Shown here: positions 34,197-44,400 of the stretch, in pieces | Layout of the letters: each line of letters starts with the position of its first letter | Position numbering within the stretch: position 1 is the stretch's first letter | Assembly (NCBI GenBank): GCA_020073615.1 | Contig: JAIQEX010000013.1 | Location: 9,786-73,785 of the forward strand | Length of the DNA: 64,000 nucleotides | Origin: Terriglobia bacterium | GTDB lineage: Bacteria > Acidobacteriota > Terriglobia > Bryobacterales > Bryobacteraceae | Direction: 5' to 3' | Notes under the pieces: generated by a model | What the model saw: the letters and a program-made list of their open reading frames with translations, nothing else | Databases searched by the model: none | Told to the model about the DNA's origin: nothing | Position numbers and translations under genes: made by a program

Positions 34197-35180
34197 TTAC
34201 GGGAACGCCGCTGCCACCGCTGCCGACTGCGCGCTCTCATTGCCGGACTTGCCCACCGCGGCGATGGCGTAGCGGTACGTCTTGCCGTGCTCGACGTTGT
34301 GGTCGGAGTAGCTGGGAATCTCGTTGACCGTGGCGATTCTTGCCAATGGTCCGTCTCCGGCGCTGCGGTAGATCCGGTAACCGGCCAGGTCGGGCTCGCT
34401 GTTTTGGTCCCAAGCCAGTTCGATGGAATTGGGCGCGGCAGTGGCGCGTAGTCCCGTGGGCGCGCCGGGCGGGAACTCATCTTTCGGCGTGAACGGCACC
34501 GGGTCGGAAAAATCGCTCTCGGCTTCCTTGTTATTGCCCACGTCGACGATGGTCTGGATTTCGTAGCTGTAGGTGATGCCGAATTGGGCGGCGCCATCGG
34601 TCCACTCCGGCTGGACGACGGTCGCTACCGGCGTGAAGCTCTCGCCGCCGGTGCGCCGCAGAATGCGGAAGCGGTCGCCGCGCGCTTTCCACGCCAGGTG
34701 GACGCCCGCCGCGGTGTTGACCGGCTCTATGTCCGCCGGCTTTTCCGGCGGAGGGACCACCGGCACCACCGCGTAATTGGACCAGCCCGCATCCTTCCCG
34801 TTGGCGCCGATGACGCGAACCCCGATCACGGCTTCCTTGCCGACCCATTCCGTCACGGGGATTTCGTAGTGCGCGATGCCGCCGGCCACGGGAGCCGCGG
34901 GTTCCTTCGTGGCCTGCGCGGCCCACTCCTCGGCGCGGAACTTTTCGGCTGCCGTACCGATGCGCAGGTCGAGCTTCACTGCCCGGCGGATGGCCAGCCC
35001 TTCGGTGGTGAGCGACGGTACCGTGAACGATACCAGGATGCGCGAACCGCGCTCGACGGCGGCCAGATCCTTGACGGACGTGGGAACGTTGGCCAGCGGG
35101 GGCAGCGGGCCGCCAATATACCCGCAGCCGATGGCGAACAGAGCAGCCGCGGCCAGCGCGGGCGCAATTCGGTACCTCAA
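34197..35180 (-). CDS. lipoprotein with fibronectin-type-III-like domains
   Basis: Lipobox 'LFAIGC'. The C-terminal 'PGAPTGLRATAAPNSIELAWDQNSEPDLAGYRIYRS...YRYAIAAV' is FN3-like. Confidence 0.6.
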   Translation of the reverse strand: MRYRIAPALAAAALFAIGCGYIGGPLPPLANVPTSVKDLAAVERGSRILVSFTVPSLTTEGLAIRRAVKLDLRIGTAAEKFRAEEWAAQATKEPAAPVAGGIAHYEIPVTEWVGKEAVIGVRVIGANGKDAGWSNYAVVPVVPPPEKPADIEPVNTAAGVHLAWKARGDRFRILRRTGGESFTPVATVVQPEWTDGAAQFGITYSYEIQTIVDVGNNKEAESDFSDPVPFTPKDEFPPGAPTGLRATAAPNSIELAWDQNSEPDLAGYRIYRSAGDGPLARIATVNEIPSYSDHNVEHGKTYRYAIAAVGKSGNESAQSAAVAAAFP

Positions 35181-35240
35181 AGCACTAGGGTAGCAGGTCG
35201 CCGCCGCTCGACCGTGCTACGGTGTAAGGAAGGCGACCCG

Positions 35241-35900
35241 ATGCGCGCTCTCTGCGTGGTTCTGCTTTCCCCGTTGCTCTCCTGGGCACAGGTGCCGGCC
35301 GCGCCCGCCGCCTCCGCCGCTCCACCCCCGGGCGCGTTGCCGCTGATCGTCGGAATCCTGCTGGAACGCGACGCGCAAGCCGGCTCCGGCGAATTCAGCG
35401 TACGGACCACCGGCAACCAGGTGCTGCGCTATCAGTACGACCGCAAGACCTTCGTCGAGCGCGAAGACCAGATGATCGACGTGCCCCGTCTTCAGCCCGG
35501 CGAAAAGGTGGAAGTGGTCTCCGACAAGTTGCCCGGCCTGTTGTTGCGCTATGCACGCACGATTCACGTGGTCGAGCCCCTGCCACCGCCGCCCCGGCCT
35601 CCCGGCGGCCGGCCGCGCCCCTACCGCGCCTCCGCCGAGCGCGCCCTCCCTACCGGCAACCTGACGTTTTCCGGGGTGGTCTTCCGCCTGAACGGCGAGC
35701 GCCTGGTGATGCACACGCGGGAGGGCGGGGAACAGAGCATCCTGCTGCGCCAGGATACGCGCTACCTCGCCGACGGGGGCATCGTGGACGCCGCCGAGCT
35801 CAAGCCCAACATGCGCGTCTTCGTGCGCGCCGGCAAGAACCTCTACGACCAGGTGGAAGCCTACCAGGTGATCTGGGGCACGATCCTCGAGCCGCGCTGA
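35241..35900 (+). CDS. secreted hypothetical protein
   Basis: The ATG at 35241 has AAGGAAGG upstream and gives the signal peptide 'MRALCVVLLSPLLSWAQ'. The upstream part of ORF 34584-35900 is antisense to the FN3 gene. Confidence 0.5.
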   Translation: MRALCVVLLSPLLSWAQVPAAPAASAAPPPGALPLIVGILLERDAQAGSGEFSVRTTGNQVLRYQYDRKTFVEREDQMIDVPRLQPGEKVEVVSDKLPGLLLRYARTIHVVEPLPPPPRPPGGRPRPYRASAERALPTGNLTFSGVVFRLNGERLVMHTREGGEQSILLRQDTRYLADGGIVDAAELKPNMRVFVRAGKNLYDQVEAYQVIWGTILEPR

Positions 35901-35935
35901 CGAGGCGCCGCGGCCTTGCCGCCTGTGCCGGCTTG

Positions 35936-36346
35936 CTACTTCTTGGGCGCTCCCGTGGCGCGCCGGTAGATGGTCTCGAAATCGGGCTTGCCGTGGATGG
36001 TGACGTTGCTGGAAGTGGATTCGCCCGGCGTGGTGCGCTGCTGCGGCCGCGGTGTCGCGTCCGGCTCCGACACCGTCGTTTTGGATTCCTTCGCCACCCG
36101 GCCGCCGGGCGGGCGCGCATCGATGCGGTCGATCTGGTCTCTCGGGATGGCCACCTGCTCGTTCTTCAAGACGATCACCAGGTTGTCGTCGCTCAGCTCG
36201 TCGATCTTGCCCAGCACGGGTGTGGCCGAGCCCTTCTTGAAGACGCGGATCTCCGTGCCGCTCTTGAGATCGCGCACTTTCGTCCAGGGATCGCCGGCGC
36301 CCATAGCCGCCGCCGCGCATAGGAAAAAGAGTAGAATGCTGCGCAT
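35936..36346 (-). CDS. secreted hypothetical protein
   Basis: The internal ATG at 36346 gives the signal peptide 'MRSILLFFLCAAAAMGA'. No domain could be assigned. Confidence 0.45.
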   Translation of the reverse strand: MRSILLFFLCAAAAMGAGDPWTKVRDLKSGTEIRVFKKGSATPVLGKIDELSDDNLVIVLKNEQVAIPRDQIDRIDARPPGGRVAKESKTTVSEPDATPRPQQRTTPGESTSSNVTIHGKPDFETIYRRATGAPKK

Positions 36347-36455
36347 CTGGAAAATCTCCCTTGCTGCCGCGAGTCTATCAAAAACGCGGTCGTGCCGGTT
36401 GACACCCGGCACCGGAAAGCGATATCAGTTGAGATCACCAGGAGGGACGCCGCCC

Positions 36456-39455
36456 ATGAAATTCCGCTTTGCCCGCCTTGCGAGCGCGCTCGCCGTCTGC
36501 GCTCTCGCTGTCACGCCTGCGTTCGCCCAGTCCAGGAAGCCCAAGCCCGCCGCGGCGCAAACCGCCCCGCAGAAGCTCGACGAAGAGTACACCGCGCTGA
36601 TCGGGAAGTACCTCCAGGATCCGCGCATCTCGACCGAGCTGGTCGATCACATGCCCGCCTCGGACACCGTGCCCTCGCCGCTCAAGTTCTTCGGGCGAAT
36701 CCCGGGCACGCCCGGCGAGCTCACTTACGCCAAGGACATCGAGCGCTATTACGAGGCGCTGGCGAAGGCGTCCCCGCGCGCCATGTTCTGGAAGATCGGC
36801 CAGACCGAGGAGGGCCGCGACCAGGTGCTGCTGGCCATAGCCGATGAAGCCACCATCAAGCAGCTCGACAAGTATAAGGCCATGCTGGCGCAGTTGGGCG
36901 ACCCGCGCAAGATCACCGGGGAGCAGGCCAAAGAGCTGATCAAGACCGCCAAGCCCATCTACTGGGCCAACAGCGGCATCCACTCGCCCGAGACCGGCGG
37001 TCCCGAGATGCTCATCGAGCTGGCCTATCGCCTGATCGTGGAGGAAACCCCGTTCATCCAGACCATCCGCAACAACTCCATCGTGCTCATCACGCCGGTG
37101 ATCGAAGTGGACGGCCGCGAACGCGTGGTCGACACCTACTACTACGGCAAGAAGACGGGCAAGCCGAAACCGCCGCTCATGTATTGGGGCAAGTACGTGC
37201 AGCACGACAACAATCGCGACGGCATGGGCCAGTTCCTGAAGATCACGCAGAATTTCACGCGCGCCATGCTCGAATGGCACCCCACCGTGGTGCACGATCT
37301 GCACGAAGCGCAGTCGTACCTGTATATCTCCACCGGCACCGGCCCCTACAACAACTCGCTCGACCCCATCGCCATCGACGAATGGTGGCTGCTGGGCGAG
37401 ACGGAAGTCATGGAGATGGCCAGGCGCAACGTGCCGGGCGTGTGGACCTATGGCTTCTACGACGGCTGGGTGCCCAATTACCTGTTCTGGATCGCGCTCA
37501 CCCACAACTCCTTCGGACGCTTCTACGAGGTGCAGAGCTACGGCCCGGACATCAACGAAAACCTGCGGCTGCAGCCCGCCGTCACCAGCCGCGAGTGGTT
37601 CCGGCCGAACCCTCCGCTGCCATCCATCAAATGGGGACCGCGCAACAATACCAACATCCAGGAATCCACGCTGCTCATCGCCATGAACCAGGTGGCCAAG
37701 AGCCGGGAGCTGTACCTGGAGAATTACTATGCCAAGAACAAGCGGTCAATCGACAAGGGCAAGAGCGGTCCGCCCTACGCGTGGGTGATTCCCGCGGGGC
37801 AGCGGCGCAAGGCCGACGCCGCCGATTTCGTGAACGACCTGCGCCGCCAGGGCCTGGAGGTGCACACCGCCAACGCCGCTTTCAAGGCCGGCAACATCGA
37901 TGTGGCCGCGGGCGACTATATCGTGCGCGCCGATCAGCCGTACCGCACGCTGGCCGATATGTACTTCAGCATTCAGAACTATCCGCCGGCCAATCCGCGG
38001 CCCTACGACGACACCGGCTGGACCATGCAGTACATGCGCAACGTGAAGCTGCTGCCGGTCGCCGACAAGGCCGTGCTGGACCGCCCGATGACTATGCTCG
38101 CCGCCGATGCCCGGGCGCCCGGAGGCATTGAAGGAAGCGGCGCATTCGTGGTGGTGGAGCACACCAGCGACAACAACCTGATGGCCTTCCGCTTCAAGAA
38201 CCGGGACGTGAAGATGATGGCCGCGGAGGAAGATTTCGAATGGAACGGCCATAAATTCCGCGCCGGCGCATTCCTGATTGCCAATGCCGACCGCGCGCGC
38301 CTCGAGCCGCAATTGAAAGAGCTGGGGCTTTCGGCATGGGCCGCCGCCGCGGCGCCCGCCGTGAAGATGCACGATCTGACCGTGCCGCGAATCGGTTATG
38401 TGCATTCCTGGCAGCGCACGCAGGACGAGGGCTGGGTGCGCGCCGCGTTCGACCACTACGGCGTCCCCTACACCTACTTCGCGGACCAGAAACTGCGCGA
38501 GGGAAACCTGCGCGCCAAGTACGATGTGATTATCTTTCCACACACCGGCGGCAACGCACAATCGATGCTCGCCGGCATTCCCAAGACGGGCGATCCGGTT
38601 CCTTACAAGAAGACCGACCTGACGCCCAACCTGGGCGCGCTCGACCAGAGCGACGACATCCGCGGCGGCATGGGCTTTGAAGGCTTGCAGGAGCTCGGCC
38701 GCTTCGTACAGGAGGGCGGCACGCTAATCGCCGAGGGCTCCACCACCGCGCTCATGGCCGAGTACGACATTGCCGGCGGCGTCACCGTGGAGCATCCCAC
38801 GCAGTTGTTCGCGCGCGGCTCGATTCTGCGCGGCGTGTTCGCCGATTTGAAGAGCCCCATCGCTTACGGTTTCGACGGCAAGGACCTGCCCGTGTACTTC
38901 TCGCAGGATCCGGTTCTGAACGTGGGTGGCGCCGGGGGCGCGGCGGCCTTTGGCGCCGGCGGGTTCGGCGGCGGGCGCGGCGGAGCGGGCGCGATCGCGG
39001 GCGTGGGCCAGAACGTAACGCCCAATGCCGTGCCGATTCACATTTCTCCGCTGGAACCGGGCGGCGCGGAAACTCCGGCCGAAGCGCCGGCCGGCGGACG
39101 CGGCGGACGCGGCGCGGGCGGCGGCGGCGGTGGCCGCGGAGGTGCTGGTGGCGGCGGATTGGCCGCGCCGTCGGCGGAGCGCCCACGCGTGGTGATTCAG
39201 TTCCCGGCCAACGCCAACGACATGCTGCTCTCGGGAACGCTCGCCGGCGGTGAAGCTCTGGCCAACCGCGCGGCGGCCGTCGATGTGCCGCTCGGCAAGG
39301 GCCACATCGTGATGTTTGCGCTCCGCCCCTTCTGGCGATGGCAGACCCAGGGAACGTACTTCCTGGCGTTCAACGCCATCCTCAACTGGGACCACCTGGA
39401 CGCCGGCAAAGCCGTCCCGGCGCGCCCGCAGGCGAGCGAGTCCGGGCAGAATTAG
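36456..39455 (+). CDS. large secreted M14-like metallopeptidase-family protein with Gly/Arg-rich insert
   Basis: The ATG at 36456 has GGAGGG upstream and gives the signal peptide 'MKFRFARLASALAVCALAVTPAFA'. 'GIHSPETGGPEMLIELAYRL' fits the M14 HxxE zinc motif. A low-complexity segment lies at 38924-39160. Confidence 0.65.
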   Translation: MKFRFARLASALAVCALAVTPAFAQSRKPKPAAAQTAPQKLDEEYTALIGKYLQDPRISTELVDHMPASDTVPSPLKFFGRIPGTPGELTYAKDIERYYEALAKASPRAMFWKIGQTEEGRDQVLLAIADEATIKQLDKYKAMLAQLGDPRKITGEQAKELIKTAKPIYWANSGIHSPETGGPEMLIELAYRLIVEETPFIQTIRNNSIVLITPVIEVDGRERVVDTYYYGKKTGKPKPPLMYWGKYVQHDNNRDGMGQFLKITQNFTRAMLEWHPTVVHDLHEAQSYLYISTGTGPYNNSLDPIAIDEWWLLGETEVMEMARRNVPGVWTYGFYDGWVPNYLFWIALTHNSFGRFYEVQSYGPDINENLRLQPAVTSREWFRPNPPLPSIKWGPRNNTNIQESTLLIAMNQVAKSRELYLENYYAKNKRSIDKGKSGPPYAWVIPAGQRRKADAADFVNDLRRQGLEVHTANAAFKAGNIDVAAGDYIVRADQPYRTLADMYFSIQNYPPANPRPYDDTGWTMQYMRNVKLLPVADKAVLDRPMTMLAADARAPGGIEGSGAFVVVEHTSDNNLMAFRFKNRDVKMMAAEEDFEWNGHKFRAGAFLIANADRARLEPQLKELGLSAWAAAAAPAVKMHDLTVPRIGYVHSWQRTQDEGWVRAAFDHYGVPYTYFADQKLREGNLRAKYDVIIFPHTGGNAQSMLAGIPKTGDPVPYKKTDLTPNLGALDQSDDIRGGMGFEGLQELGRFVQEGGTLIAEGSTTALMAEYDIAGGVTVEHPTQLFARGSILRGVFADLKSPIAYGFDGKDLPVYFSQDPVLNVGGAGGAAAFGAGGFGGGRGGAGAIAGVGQNVTPNAVPIHISPLEPGGAETPAEAPAGGRGGRGAGGGGGGRGGAGGGGLAAPSAERPRVVIQFPANANDMLLSGTLAGGEALANRAAAVDVPLGKGHIVMFALRPFWRWQTQGTYFLAFNAILNWDHLDAGKAVPARPQASESGQN

Positions 39456-39470
39456 CGGGCCGGTGTACGA

Positions 39471-39648
39471 ACCGCCGAGACGCCGAGGCGCCGAGAAATC
39501 CAAGAGCATCTATCGCTCGGCGTTTTCTTTCTCCGAGCTCTCGTGGGCTGCTTTTCGGCGCACGGCCTGCGAGCAAACCTCGAGAGCGCAGAGGCGGAGA
39601 CCGCCGCATCATTCCCTTCAGTTCTCGGCGGCTCGGCGCCTCGGCGGT
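39471..39648. repeat. long copy of the CGCCGAGN-octamer inverted-repeat element
   Basis: The left arm ACCGCCGAGACGCCGAGGCGCCGAGAAA (39471-39498) and right arm TTCTCGGCGGCTCGGCGCCTCGGCGGT (39622-39648) are nearly identical to the arms at 9918-9993. The 123-bp interior contains degenerate arm-like pieces (cgctcggcg, gaggcggagaccgccgc). Confidence 0.8.
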
Positions 39649-39693
39649 AAGATTTTACCCGGGCCAGCGCCCTCCGAAAGCGGCCATAATGGA

Positions 39694-40926
39694 GTGGTGC
39701 GCCCTGCCCTGATCGCCCTGCTGGTCACAACGGCGGCAGGCGCGCAGTCGGTGATCAATCCCGCGCGGGCCGCCCGAGCGGAGCGGACTCTCGAAGCCCA
39801 CGAAGGCGGGGCTCCGCTGCGCTGCGATCTCACACCCCTCAAGCCGGCGCTCAACTTCGGCTTCCGCTTCCAGGCCGGGTACGTCTTCCACGTACCCTTG
39901 AACCAGTACTCCGGCCCGGGGCATGGGTTGATCGCCATCACCCGGATTACGCCCGAGGGCGGCGACGCCAAGCCGGTGTATCTCAGCCACCGGATGGCTT
40001 TACCTGCCGTTCCCAAGACCAACATGGAGGCGGAGGTGGGCGGCGTGTACCTGTTGGGCGAGGGCCGCTACAGCGTGAAATGGCTCTTGCTCGACGACAG
40101 CGGCCGCGTGTGCCGTAAGGAGTGGCGCATCGACGCCAAGCTGGGACGGAGCGAGCGCAGCGTAAAGCTGGCCATACCGGAGCGTACCGTCGCCGATCTT
40201 TCCCTGCGCACCTTGCCCGCCCGGCCGCGTTCTCCCGACGATGCCGCGCCCTTCCGGCTGACGGTGCTGTTGAATGCCGCGCCGCTGGCCCCGCGGAGGA
40301 CCAGCATGCGCGCCGGCGACCGCGTGATGCTGCTGGCCACGCTCGCTTCGTTTCTGGAACGGGTGCCCGCGCGTTCGGTGCGGCTGATCGTATTCAATCT
40401 GGAGCAGCAGAAGATCCTGTTTCGCCAGGATGGTTTCACCCCCGATGAGATGGACCAGGTGGCGCAGGCCATCAACGAGCTCCAACTGGGGCTGGTGGAC
40501 TACCATGTGCTTCAGAACCGCACCGGCCACCTGGACCTGCTGGCGGGCATGGTGAATGAGGAGCTGCGCGCCCCGGAGCCGTCCGATGCGGTGGTGTTTC
40601 TGGGGCCGCAGGCGCGTTTCGCGGACAAGATTTCCGAAGACGTGTTGGAGAAGCCGCACGGGACCGCTCCCCACTTCTTCTACCTGCAATTCATGCCCTT
40701 TCCGCGGATCGCCCCATCCGTCGCCCCGCCGCCTCTGGCGCGTCAGGGGCCGCCCCTCCCTCCGCCACCGCCGGTGCCCGGCGCCGGGCTGGCCGAGCCG
40801 GGCATGCCCGACAGCATCAGCATCGCGGTGGCGAAGCTGAAGGGAAAGACCATCACCCTGCACACGCCCGGTGAATTCGAGAAGGCCATCGAGCAAGTGG
40901 AACGGCGCACCGGCGGCGGAAGCTGA
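39694..40926 (+). CDS. secreted hypothetical protein with Pro-rich segment
   Basis: A GTG at 39694/39697 gives 'VVRPALIALLVTTAAGAQS'. The upstream part of ORF 39316-40926 crosses the repeat element and the M14 gene end. The start is uncertain. Confidence 0.45.
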   Translation: MVRPALIALLVTTAAGAQSVINPARAARAERTLEAHEGGAPLRCDLTPLKPALNFGFRFQAGYVFHVPLNQYSGPGHGLIAITRITPEGGDAKPVYLSHRMALPAVPKTNMEAEVGGVYLLGEGRYSVKWLLLDDSGRVCRKEWRIDAKLGRSERSVKLAIPERTVADLSLRTLPARPRSPDDAAPFRLTVLLNAAPLAPRRTSMRAGDRVMLLATLASFLERVPARSVRLIVFNLEQQKILFRQDGFTPDEMDQVAQAINELQLGLVDYHVLQNRTGHLDLLAGMVNEELRAPEPSDAVVFLGPQARFADKISEDVLEKPHGTAPHFFYLQFMPFPRIAPSVAPPPLARQGPPLPPPPPVPGAGLAEPGMPDSISIAVAKLKGKTITLHTPGEFEKAIEQVERRTGGGS

Positions 40927-40930
40927 GCTT

Positions 40931-41395
40931 TCAGTACGGCGTCTTGCCGGGCTTGCTCACCCATTCCTCGAAGGGCCTGCCGGCCTGCTCGTCCACCACG
41001 TGGATCATGGGAATGGTGCGCTGTGCGTGCGGCACCGCCAGTTGCAGGTAAATGAAGGAGTCGTCGAAACCGGCCGCGGTGGCGTCGTCGTGCGTGGCGG
41101 CAAAGAAGACGCGCGCCGGCCGCGCCCAGTAGATCGCCCCCAGGCACATGGGGCACGGCTCGCACGAGGTGTACAGGTCGCAGCCCGTGAGCTGGTACTC
41201 GCCCAGCACGCGGCACGCCTCGCGGATGGCCACCATCTCGGCGTGCGCGGTGGGATCGTGGGTGCGCGTCACCTGGTTGGCGCCGGTGGCGATGACGATG
41301 CCGTCTTTCACCACCAGGGCGGCGAACGGCCCGCCGTCGCGGCCCACGTTGCTCACCGCCAGTTCAATCACCTGCCTGACAAAGGAGTTGTTCAT
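40931..41395 (-). CDS. CDA-fold nucleoside/guanine deaminase
   Basis: 'HAEMVAIREA' and 'CEPCPMCLGAIYWAR' are the zinc motifs. The 154-aa size fits GuaD/TadA-like enzymes. Confidence 0.8.
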   Translation of the reverse strand: MNNSFVRQVIELAVSNVGRDGGPFAALVVKDGIVIATGANQVTRTHDPTAHAEMVAIREACRVLGEYQLTGCDLYTSCEPCPMCLGAIYWARPARVFFAATHDDATAAGFDDSFIYLQLAVPHAQRTIPMIHVVDEQAGRPFEEWVSKPGKTPY

Positions 41396-41461
41396 GCCCG
41401 GCGCCCTTCCATAGACTACACGAGTTGGAGCGGGCGGGGTGCGGGCGCGGGGCCCGGCCTC

Positions 41462-44400
41462 TTACGCCGCCGGGGCGGCCGCTTCGCCGTGGAACCGCAC
41501 CGAGACCAGGCGCGAGACGCCCGGCTCCTGCATGGTGACGCCGTAGAGCGATTGCGCCGCCTCCATGGTCCGCTTGGAGTGGGTGATCACCACGAACTGC
41601 GTCTGGTGCGACATCTCCGCCAGCAGCCGCGTCAGGCGGCCGATGTTGGCCTCGTCGAGCGGCGCGTCCACTTCGTCCATCACGCAGAAGGGGCTCGGCT
41701 GGTAGCGGAAAATCGCCATCAGCAGGGCCACAGCGGCCAGCGCTTTTTCGCCGCCCGATAGCAGCAGCACGTTCTGCAGCCGTTTGCCGGGAGGCGAGCA
41801 CACGATGTCGATGCCCGATTCGGCCAGGTTCTCCTGGTCGGTGAGCCGCATTTCGCCGGTTCCGCCGCCGAACAGCGTCTGGAAGCTCACCCGGAAATTG
41901 GCGTTGATGGCCTCGAAGGCCTCGGCGAACTTCTGGCGCGACACCTCGTCGATGTCCTGAATGGCTTTCTCGGTGTCGCGAATCGAGTCGATCAGGTCCT
42001 GGCGCTGCGCGCTCAGGAACTCCTGCCGCTCGTGTGCCTCCTGAAACTCTTCCATGGCGGCCTGGTTCACCGGGCCGAGCGCCTCGATGCGGTTGCGCAC
42101 CTCGTCGGCCGCCTGCGCGGCTTCGGCGATGGCGTCCTCGCCGGGCACCGGGTCGTCGGCGGCGGCCAGCGACTCCACCGGGCAGTTGAGCTCTTTACGG
42201 CTGGTCTCGTCCAGGAAGCGCAACTCGGCCTGCTTGCGCACCAGCTCCACTTCGATCTGCGAGCGCCGCTCCAGGCCCTCCTGCACGCCCGCGCGAAACC
42301 CCTTCAACTCTTCTTCGCCCGCGCGCAGCGCTTCGCGCATGGCGGCCTCCCGCGCGGCCGTCTCTGCGACCGTGGTTTCGAGCCCGGCGATCTCGCCCGC
42401 CAGGCGCGCCGACTTCTCCTCCAGCCCGATGTTGTCGGCCAACAGGCGCGCGCGCTGCTCGCCCATGAGCTCGATGGCCGGGGCGATGGCGTCGCGCCGC
42501 CCGGCCGTCTCCCGCGACTGCTGCTCGAGGCGGCCCATGGCGCTGCGCTCGCCGCGATGGCGCTCTTCCAGCCCGGCCAGCGCGGCGCGCGTGGCCGCAT
42601 GTTCCTCGCCTATGGCCGCCGCCTCGCCCTCCAGTTTCTCCAGTTCCCGCCGCTCGCCTTCGAGGGCCTCTTCGTGGCCGGCGCGCAGGCGCTCCTTCTC
42701 TTCCACCGCGGCGAGATTGCGCTCGCGCTGCCCGGCCGATTGCGAGGCGTCGCGGCGCAGGCGCTCCAGCTCCAGGCGCGCCACCGAGAGGCGCGAATTG
42801 GAACGCGCCAAGTCTTCGCCCAGCTTGCCCATCTGGTGGTCGAGCGCGACGCGATCCTTCTCGCGGCTTTGCTGGAGCCCGCGCAGGTGCTCGAGCGAAG
42901 CTTCGAGGGCGATGATCTCCTGGCTCAAGCCGTCCAGTTTCCCCAGCCGCTCGTCGAGCGCTTTCTGGCGCGTGCGCAGGGTAACCGCCAGCTCGCGGGC
43001 CTGCCGCTTCATGGCCAGCGGGCCGGCGCCGGTCTTGTTGCCTCCGGTGACCGTGTGCCCGTGGTAGGAGACCCCGTCGGCCAGCAGAAAATAAAGGTGC
43101 GGATAGGCCACCGCCAGGCGCTGCGCAGCCGCGCGGTCTTCGGCCAGGAAGCACAACGAGAGGCGCGGCAGCAGGTCCACCGCGCGATCCTTGAACCCGT
43201 TGGTGAGCCGCAGCGATTCGCTCAGCCGCGCCGCGATGCCCGTCTCCGGCCCGATGTCGGGCTCGGGCAGATGGCCGTGCCCGTTGCCGTTGGGCTCGGG
43301 GTGCACCAGGAAGGTGGCGCGCCCGTCCCGTTCGGCGCGGATGAACTCCAGGCCGCGCTCGGCCTGCTGCCAGTTCTCCACCACCACGTACTCCAGCTCT
43401 TCGTGCAGGAACTCCTCGGCGGGCTTTTCGAGGTGCGCATCCACCTCCACGTAGTCGGCCAGCACGCCCAGGGGCGCCAGGCCGGCGGCCTGGCCGGTTT
43501 CGAGCGAGGCGAACAGGCGCTTCACCGATTCGGTGGTGTAGGTGCGGTGCGCCAGCACCTGCTCAAGCGACTCTTTGCGCGCCTGAAGCTGCGACACTTC
43601 GTCCTTCAGGGCGTCGATTTCGCGGCGCAGCTCGGCGGCGGCGCGCCGCTGGCCGGCCAAGTCCTCCTCGGTGCGGCCCCGTTCGGCCACCACCGATTCC
43701 AGCTCGAGCTGGCGCGCGGCCACGGTTTCCGAGAGCTGCCTCCGCGAAGCTTCCAACCGCTCGATCTCGCCGGTGGCCACCTGGTCCTCGCGCGTGGCGC
43801 GGGCGGTTTCGCGCTCCACGCCGGCCAGGTACTCTTCCACCTGGGCGAGCTGGTTGCGCAGCGTGGAGGCCTCGCCCAGCAGCCGCAGGATGGCCTGCCT
43901 GCCCGTTTCGATGGCTCGTTCCCGCTCGCCCACGCGGGTCTGCAATTGCTCGCGCTGCTCGTTGATCTCGAGCGTGCGGGCGCGCCCCTGGGCGATCTGC
44001 CCTTCCAACCCTTCCACGGTCTGGCGGTGGACGCTGGTCTCTTGCTCCAGGGCTTCGAGGCGCAGCGTGAGCTCCCGCGCCTCGTTTTCCGCCTGCGCGA
44101 TGCGCTGCTCGATGGCGCCGCTCTCCTTGGCCTGCGATTCCAGGCGGCCGCGCGTGCGCTCCCGCTCCAGGTTCATTTCCGCAAGCACGCTACGCGCTTC
44201 GGTGAGCCGCCGCTCGGTTTCGTAGCAGTCCGCCTGGTTTTGCTCGTGGGCCTGCTCGCGCACCGCCACCTGCTCGCCCAACGACCGCAGTTCGGCCGCC
44301 GCCAGGTTCAGATCAATGGCCGTCTTGGCGGCGTCGCGCTCCAGCAGCCGGTACTTTCCGGAGAGCGCCACGCGCAGCCGCGCCTCCAGTTCGCCCTTGA

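Noticed and set aside
41417-41446. A G-rich tract GCGGGCGGGGTGCGGGCGCGGGGCCCGG between smc and the deaminase gene satisfies a minimal G4 pattern.
   Set aside because: It is a single occurrence with no repeat partner in the window. Runs of three G are frequent by chance at this GC content. It is much weaker than the repeated 34-mer reported separately.
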